Shown here piece by piece: positions 61,249 through 64,000 of a DNA stretch of 64,000 nucleotides. The notes beneath the pieces were generated by a model, which saw only the letters and a list, made by a program, of their open reading frames with translations, did no database searches and was not told the DNA's origin. This DNA is from Podospora anserina (Eukaryota), in the NCBI GenBank assembly GCA_017654855.1, contig CM030332.1, positions 5,642,001 through 5,706,000 on the forward strand, read 5' to 3'. A program made the translations under genes and the position numbers. Every line of letters starts with the position of its first letter. The first letter of the stretch is position 1.

Positions 61249-63367
61249 CGTGGTTCTTATATCAACTCCAGATCTGAGCTGTGGAGGTGGTGGCGTGAGG
61301 CAAGACTGTTGAACGCCAGCCTACGCATCCCCGTCCTTTGGGTCTCGGCTAACGCAGGGGGGGACGGGAGCTCGACCGAACGGTTGGAAAGGAGGTTCAG
61401 GGATGGGGAAGGACACTGGGCCTTATGGAATTGGTTTTGCCTCGCAATCTTGGTTGAATCTGTGGAACGGGGGTACAAGCAGGACTTGTTAGGGGCAGCG
61501 TCCGCTCCTCGGCGGCGCTGCAGCAAAAGGGAACCATCGAATGGGATGATGATCCTTCAGCATGAACCAAACAACGCCCCCGTGCCGCAGAGATGTTCGC
61601 CTATCAACAGGCACAGTCATCCGCAAGGCAAGTTCCACATGAGAATGTATCCGTCTGGCACGGCCTACTTTGGAAAATGCTGCCGGACAAGACTTTGCCA
61701 CCAGCATGGCAGGCAAGCGGATCATGTTGTCGTCTTTGCCTAGATCTTTCGAAATAGCGATGACCTGCAAACAAACAAGAGGGAAGCCCCAGACGCCACG
61801 TGATCTGTTCTTGTGCGGGAGCTCGTCAGGCGTTCTTTTGTCGATGTCGAGTCCCATGCGCCGCTCGCGTACTTGGTCCTCGACACTTTGATGGTTCGGG
61901 ATCTGGACGAAACCAGTCAGCAGTGACGATATATACGATGGGTTGAGCCAAGATGGGTAAGTCCCGCTTATGGCAACCAAGTGGCCAATCGTGTTGGTGG
62001 AAACCAACCAAGACCGTTGCGCACTGTTAATCCCATCCACAGGCGTTGCTGATCATGGCGATATCGTTAACCAGGCAAGCATCTCATCCTGTCTTCCTGT
62101 CATGGGAGACTGCCGTCCATCAGGATGTTCCTTCGGGATGGGTAAGGAAGGTGGGCGGGAAGGAGGGAGATAAGGAAGTTTGACGGGTGCTCCCGGGGCT
62201 CATTCGTAATGTTCAGTCCCCACGTGGTGTCGGCTTAGCTTGCCTGAGACAGCAAACGAGGTCGGACAGATGGTCCTCTAAGAATGCAGGGACAGGTCGA
62301 AAGGATCGTTCAATGCAACTGATGCACGTGTGTGGTGTTGAATGAGGGTGTTGTTCTTCCATTCAAGTTCAAAAAGAGGTTGGATCCACAATCCTCAAGC
62401 GAGACCTGGGCTAGATTAGCGGACTTTTGTCGGCGCTTAGCGCTGACTTTTGACGCCGCTATCGTGTGGCTCCTTCAACCACGGGCCAAGACGAAAGAAT
62501 TACAGTTCAGATCCCCTGCCCGTCGATAAAGCAACTTGAAAATCTTGATTCAGGTCGGTAACGAGGCTTCATGTAGTTTATCACACTGATTCTTTTGTCA
62601 AGTCCAGTCGGCTGGCACATAGAGTCATAAACTCGGCAACGAGCTATCACGGAGCCAAGAGCGTCTCGCATATCCAAAGTACCGAAGGATTTGAAGCAAC
62701 CTTCCTCCTGCTCAAGTCCGCTTGATACCATCCTATTTGGATGGCACCTTCCATCTGAAAAGAATCCTGAAAAGGCGGCAGGGGTAAAGGAAGATGACAT
62801 CTGCGCGGAATATTTGGTTCCAGACTAAGGTATGTAGATGATAGACTATTAGAAATTAGACCGGAACCTATCATTCTACAATATCCATCTCCCATTATAC
62901 AACGACACCAAGGCTTTTATTAGTATTATGAGAAACAATAGGAAATTTGTGGACCATTTGCCACGTATTTGAGACTTTTTGGAGGTCCCCTCATTCCGTG
63001 CTTACTTAATTCTATATCGTTCATGGAGGCTTTGAGCTTGAGGTTGTCCTCAGCGGGACTGCATAAAATCACATGACGGAGTGTCCTGTCTTCCATTGCA
63101 ACGTAGTAACATTGAATGGTGAAGTTGAATGGTGGAGTTGGTGGTGGACTTGTTAGGCATGGCGTTTTATGTCATCCATAAAATGTCGTTGGTGCTGCGC
63201 TGCTGCCTGCCGCTGCCTGTGCGGACCCAACTATTTAAGATCAAGGTTTCTTGCACACAAAATTCAGGTACCCCGCTCAAACCTAATCTCGTCCCTAACC
63301 TTGACTGAAGGCCTGGAATATATGTATTGGACCCAACTTTTTCTGTCAACTTCGCCCTTTTCGCACT

Positions 63368-64000
63368 ATGGCCCGAACAAAGCAAACTGCCCGGAAGTCA
63401 ACTGGAGGAAGGGCCCCACGGCGACGTCTACCATCAGGTATCATATGCATATATCCAGGTCCGAATACACAGATACGAAGGCCCACCACTACGCGTAAGG
63501 CACATTTGCTCAGGCCTCGACCGCTACCAACAGTAAAGCGTTTAAGTGAACAACAAGTTACCATGGCACCAACAAGACCGATGAAGCGGCAGAAGAGGAC
63601 CGGCACAACTCCAAGAAAACAATTACTGCCTTGGAATGGTTGTAGGAGAATGAGGCTGGAACCGCGCTACTCGCTGAGGCCTCGGCGGCAACAGACAGAA
63701 AAGCCTGAGAAGGACGAGCAGAACAGACGCAAAGCTAAACGTCAAGACCGGGCAACGAGAAGACGGAACAAAACCAAGAAAGTCTCTGCGGCCGTGACCC
63801 TTGTCACGCCCAAAGCCCGCACCACCCGGCGAACCCCTCTTGGGCTATTCTCCAGGCTTCCAAACGAGCTCATCTTCCAGATCATCTCATCTGACCTCGA
63901 CATACCAACACTCACCAATCTTCGCCGTGTGTGCAGGTTCTTCAAAAGCACCATCGACACAGGAGTCAAGGCCTATGCCGAATTGGCTCAGAAAGCTCCT
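63368..64000 (+). CDS. Histone H3 N-terminal-tail / F-box fusion protein (runs off the 3' edge of the window)
   Basis: Hand translation gives 211 stop-free codons: [21 protein letters not shown], a basic linker, then [40 protein letters not shown] (F-box, ~63839-63958). Confidence 0.8.
   Translation, partial: [211 protein letters not shown]

Noticed and set aside
63368-63625. Canonical histone H3 or CenH3 gene
   Set aside because: Similarity stops after ~21 residues. No KPHRYRPG or histone-fold sequence follows, and the frame leads to an F-box.

Overview
Filamentous-ascomycete genomic DNA with short GT/GC-AG introns, CTAAC-type branch points and RIP-like damage. It is probably Podospora, inferred only because the Ty3/gypsy element's 354-bp LTRs and ~6.9-kb length match Yeti as I recall it. 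The left 31 kb holds mostly ordinary genes: DOA1/UFD3 3' part, a BIM1/X325-like GPI copper protein, SRR1, an apple-domain membrane protein, DUF6594, a small secreted protein, a PRISE-like reductase, a Myb factor, a GH13 alpha-glucosidase and a CorA-like protein. Positions ~31.17-49.50 kb form an 18.3-kb island bounded by bipartite asymmetric inverted repeats, an imperfect 8-bp direct repeat and helically phased GCTCA arrays. The island carries an APH-like kinase plus nested Fot1/pogo, MULE, chromoviral LTR and LINE-gag elements. The right 14.5 kb has a head-to-head hydratase/acyl-CoA dehydrogenase pair, a nucleoside-hydrolase-like gene, a head-to-head Tm-1-like/TIM-barrel pair and an AflR-like Zn2Cys6 factor. 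The most striking item is missing from the ORF track because it runs off the window: an open frame from 63368 that begins with a near-perfect histone H3 tail ([21 protein letters not shown]), has a second degenerate tail copy, and continues in frame into an F-box. All domain calls are by eye; no searches were run.
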